Positions 28,956 to 32,000 of a stretch of DNA of 32,000 nucleotides are shown here, one piece after another. Each line of letters begins with the position of its first letter. The stretch's first letter is position 1. The position numbers and the translations under genes are program-made. The notes under the pieces are model-generated. The model had not been told where the DNA came from, made no database searches, and saw only the letters and a program-made list of their open reading frames with translations. The DNA is taken from contig CAWIHO010000045.1 of assembly GCA_963835605.1 (NCBI GenBank), positions 12,713 to 44,712 of the forward strand, given 5' to 3'. Origin of the DNA: an uncultured delta proteobacterium (GTDB taxonomy: Bacteria > Desulfobacterota > Syntrophorhabdia > Syntrophorhabdales > WCHB1-27).

Positions 28956-29501
28956 TTAGACGCACTCCTTCACGTAGTCAAAGCCCATCTGGAGGGCTTC
29001 CCTGTTGATCTTCGTCAGCTTCGATTTTCCTTCACCGAGTATCTCTGAGAGGTTCTTCATCAAGAATTCAAATGAGACGATATTGCTCGCCTTGACGAAG
29101 GCGCCCAGCAAGATCATGTTCGCCACTTTTATCGTCCCCAGCTTTTCCGCCAGCTGGCTCGTGGGGATCGCCACAATCTCGATGTCGCCCCGCGCAGAGG
29201 ACGTGTCCACGATCGAGGAGTTGACGCATATGAGCCCGCCTGACTGAAGGATGCTCTGAAACCGGAAGAAGGAAGGCTGGTTCATCGCAACGATGAACTC
29301 CGGCTCCGAAGCGACAGGAGATGAGATCTCCTCGTCCGACACCACCACGGTGCAATTCGCCGTACCACCTCTCACCTCAACGCCATACGAAGGAAGGTAC
29401 GTCACGTACTTACCCTCCAGCATGGCCGTGTTGGCAACGGTGTAGCCCATGGAAAGAACGCCTTGCCCGCCAAACCCGGAGAATATAGTCCGTATCAGCA
29501 T
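28956..29501 (-). CDS. 2-oxoacid:ferredoxin oxidoreductase gamma subunit
   Basis: IFSGFGGQGVLSMGYTVANTAMLEGKYVTYLPSYGVEVRGGTANCTVVVS. Confidence 0.93.
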   Translation of the reverse strand: MLIRTIFSGFGGQGVLSMGYTVANTAMLEGKYVTYLPSYGVEVRGGTANCTVVVSDEEISSPVASEPEFIVAMNQPSFFRFQSILQSGGLICVNSSIVDTSSARGDIEIVAIPTSQLAEKLGTIKVANMILLGAFVKASNIVSFEFLMKNLSEILGEGKSKLTKINREALQMGFDYVKECV

Positions 29502-30238
29502 TTTTTCGTCTCTTTGATCAGCCCGAGGGGAAAGACTTTTGTCATCACATCATCAACCCATCTGCAAGCATCGAGGGGGCTCATCTTCCAATTCGTCGGA
29601 CAGGGCGAAAGGATCTCCACCAATGAAAAGCCCGTCTTCTGCAACTGATGTCGAAAGGCCCTTGCTATAGCCTTCTTCGTCTTGATGATTCCCGCGGGTT
29701 TGTTCACGGCCACGCGCTCCAGGTAGGACGTGCCATCGAGCGTGGCGTAGACTTCACAAATTTTTACCGGATGGCCCTGGATAACAGAGTCCCTCCCTGC
29801 CGGCGACGTTGTGGTCACCTGTTCCAGCATGGTGGTCGGGGCCATCTGTCCGCCCGTCATACCGTAAACCCCGTTATTCACGAAAATCACAGAGATGAGC
29901 TCTCCGCGATTTGCCGCGTGAAAACCTTCGGCGGTGCCGATAGCCGCGAGGTCCCCGTCGCCCTGGTACGAGAAGACAAGATTCTCCGGCCGCACGCGCT
30001 TGATGCCCGTTGCTACGGCAGCGCCGCGCCCATGGGCCGATTCTATCGTATCGAAGTCGAAATAGTTGTAGAGGAGCATGCCGCAGCCTGCCGGCGCAAC
30101 GCAGATCGTCTTGTCCCGCAGCTCCATCTCATCCACGACCTCCGCGATGAGCCGGGTTATGACGCCGTGTCCGCATCCGGGGCAGTAATGGAAGTGGGCT
30201 TCTTTCATCGATTTGGGCCGGGCATAGACGGTCTTCAC
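29495..30238 (-). CDS. 2-oxoacid:ferredoxin oxidoreductase beta subunit (TPP-binding)
   Basis: HFHYCPGCGHGVITRLIAEV, RGAAVATGIKR, SYQGDGDLAAIGTAEGFHAANRGE, VFVNNGVYGMTGGQMAPTT-like motif. Confidence 0.93.
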   Translation of the reverse strand: MKTVYARPKSMKEAHFHYCPGCGHGVITRLIAEVVDEMELRDKTICVAPAGCGMLLYNYFDFDTIESAHGRGAAVATGIKRVRPENLVFSYQGDGDLAAIGTAEGFHAANRGELISVIFVNNGVYGMTGGQMAPTTMLEQVTTTSPAGRDSVIQGHPVKICEVYATLDGTSYLERVAVNKPAGIIKTKKAIARAFRHQLQKTGFSLVEILSPCPTNWKMSPLDACRWVDDVMTKVFPLGLIKETKKC

Positions 30239-31313
30239 TGCTTCTTACCCCGCTGTGACTGGTAGAAATGGCGCGCGATGATCCGGGAGAGTTCTACGGG
30301 CGTGGGAATCACGCCTCCGGGTCTGCCATAAAAATGAATGTGCCCTTTGCCTTCCAGGGAAAGTTTGACGTCTTCGATCATTTGACCGGTGCTCATTTCA
30401 AACACAAAAAAGTCGCTGAGCTGCTTGGCTGTCTCCTGGATGATCTTCTTGGGAAAGGGCCAGAGTGAAATGGGGCGGATCAGTCCCACCTTCAAGCCCT
30501 CCTGCCTCAAGCGCTTGATCGCCCCTTTTGCGATCCGTGCGGCAATGCCGTAAGCAAGCACGGCCATGTCGGCATCATCAAGAAGAAACGTCTCGTAGCG
30601 CACCTCGTTTCGCTCCATCAGCTGATACTTTCTGAAGAGCTTCCAGTTATGCTCCTCCTCTTCCTTCGTATCAAAAAGGAGAGAGCGGATCATCCTGGAG
30701 GGACGCCCGCTGGCGCCTGACAGCACATAATCTTTCGGATATTCTTTCTTCGGTCGATCGGCTGCGTAGTGAACGTCACCGGCTCCATCATCTGACCGAG
30801 CATGCCATCGCCCAGTATGACCACGGGATTTCTGTATGCATCGGCCAGGTCAAATGCGACATTGACCAACTCGGCAGCCTCCTGCACGGATGCCGGGGCA
30901 AGAACGATCGTTCTGTAGTCGCCGTGGCCCCCGCCGCGCGTGGCCTGCAAATAGTCGGATTGCGCGGGAGAGATATTGCCCATGCCGGGTCCGCCGCGCA
31001 TCATGTTCACGATGACGGCAGGCAGCTCATCCGCGGCCAGATAGGAGACGCCTTCCTGCTTCAGGCTGATACCGGGTCCGCTGGAGGAGGTCATTGCACG
31101 CGCGCCGGCGGCAGACGCACCCAGCACCATGTTGATCGCCGCTATCTCGCTTTCAGACTGGATGAAAACAGCGCCGGGAACTTCGGCAATGCGCTTCGCC
31201 ATATACTCAGTCAGTTCATTCTGCGGTGTGATAGGATAGCCAAAGTAAGCGGTACATCCCGCCAGAACCGCGGCTTCTCCTACGGCGCTATTGCCGCTCA
31301 TCAGTCTTTTCAA
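30235..31313 (-). pseudogene. 2-oxoacid:ferredoxin oxidoreductase alpha subunit, split by a single frameshift
   Basis: N-terminal part 30690..31313 ([34 protein letters not shown]...) and C-terminal part within 30235..30726 (SGASGRPSR...) are in different frames. A -1 shift near 30750..30756 would restore ...QPIDR[16 protein letters not shown].... Confidence 0.85.
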
Positions 31314-31518
31314 ACTGATACACCTCTATTGCTACTTCCGGGCACATCACAGCGCATATTGCGCAGCCCGTGCAGCCTTTCTTTTCTTCGAAGTCCGCAA
31401 TGAAATATCCCTTGAGATTGAGCCTGTTGGATAGCATGATAGCGTGACTCGGACAGTGTTCCATGCACCAGGAACAGCCCTTGCAGCGCTCCGGATCAAT
31501 CCGGATAAAACCCTTCAT
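31288..31518 (-). CDS. 2x[4Fe-4S] ferredoxin (delta subunit of 2-oxoacid:ferredoxin oxidoreductase)
   Basis: [27 protein letters not shown]...[22 protein letters not shown]; the track start at 31569 is probably upstream of the real start. Confidence 0.9.
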   Translation of the reverse strand: MKGFIRIDPERCKGCSWCMEHCPSHAIMLSNRLNLKGYFIADFEEKKGCTGCAICAVMCPEVAIEVYQFEKTDERQ

Positions 31519-31644
31519 AGATATGCAACCCCTATACACCTTTTGAGAACTGTCACCGACAACGAGCAACGCTAGAGTAGCGCAGAGCCACGCCAGTTGT
31601 CAAGCCGGTTTTCGACATATGCTTTGAGGTATACTGCTAGACGA

Positions 31645-31713
31645 ATGGTAGAAGAAGAGTCCCTCTCGAGACGCATCCTTCACGTGGACATGGATGCCTT
31701 TTTCGCGGCGCAA
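31645..31713 (+). pseudogene. DNA polymerase IV (dinB) N-terminal remnant
   Basis: MVEEESLSRRILHVDMDAFFAA matches the Y-family N-terminus, then diverges abruptly to QGGTSAVELQRTLLLD. Confidence 0.65.
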
Positions 31714-31811
31714 GGAGGAACGAGTGCCGTCGAACTGCAGCGTACGCTTTTGCTTGATATTTTCGGGAAAACGTACAAGACTTTTATAAGGGACAGCGCG
31801 GAGTGACAAAT

Positions 31812-32000
31812 GTGAAGATCCATACGAGAATAGCGACCGTCGCCCTGTCGTTTGCGCTCTTTATCGTGTTTTCAAGCAGTTCGCTCTATGCGCAGCAAAG
31901 GGGAGGGAGAAGAGGCAGTCAGCCACGCATTGGCACGGCAGGCCCGGCAGGCGCAGCCCCGAGAGTGACGTTGCCCCCGGAGTTTGACAACCGCCCCTTC
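31812..32000 (+). CDS. Exported hypothetical protein (partial, runs off right edge)
   Basis: GTG start, signal peptide VKIHTRIATVALSFALFIVFSSSSLYAQ, then Gly/Arg/Pro-rich QRGGRRGSQPRIGTAGPAGAAPRVTLPPEFDNRPF. Confidence 0.55.
   Translation, partial: MKIHTRIATVALSFALFIVFSSSSLYAQQRGGRRGSQPRIGTAGPAGAAPRVTLPPEFDNRPF

Noticed and set aside
29648-30265. 205-aa plus-strand ORF
   Set aside because: Antisense to the oxidoreductase beta subunit, whose TPP-binding motifs are clear.

Overview
The window looks like a gene-dense stretch of an anaerobic bacterial chromosome. From left to right I read: (1) a minus-strand TRAP transporter (dctM, dctQ, dctP) in which the solute-receptor gene lies in an apparently exact 1132-bp direct duplication; (2) a plus-strand Mo/W-bisPGD oxidoreductase, FeS and FAD/NAD oxidoreductase trio; (3) a minus-strand xanthine-oxidase-family molybdenum hydroxylase (L-M-S order); (4) an IS1182-like element; (5) a promoter, GEMM-like (c-di-GMP-I/cGAMP class) riboswitch and terminator leader in front of a secreted SAM methyltransferase, followed by two more methyltransferases, one with a frameshift at a CG-dinucleotide run; (6) a plus-strand phosphite uptake/oxidation operon (ptxABCD-like); (7) two tandem stand-alone receiver proteins; (8) a decayed IS110 transposase; (9) a divergent HxlR regulator / QueG-like FeS protein pair with a putative operator; (10) a GNAT protein, a small acidic ORF and a leader with direct repeats; (11) a 2-oxoacid:ferredoxin oxidoreductase operon with a frameshifted alpha subunit and a linked ACT-domain protein; (12) a dinB fragment. 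I found no convincing CRISPR, tRNA, rRNA or obvious new defence system. The best leads are the riboswitch leader, the ptx operon with its unexplained neighbours, the paired output-less receivers, and the dctP duplication. All family calls come from reading motifs. No database search was run.
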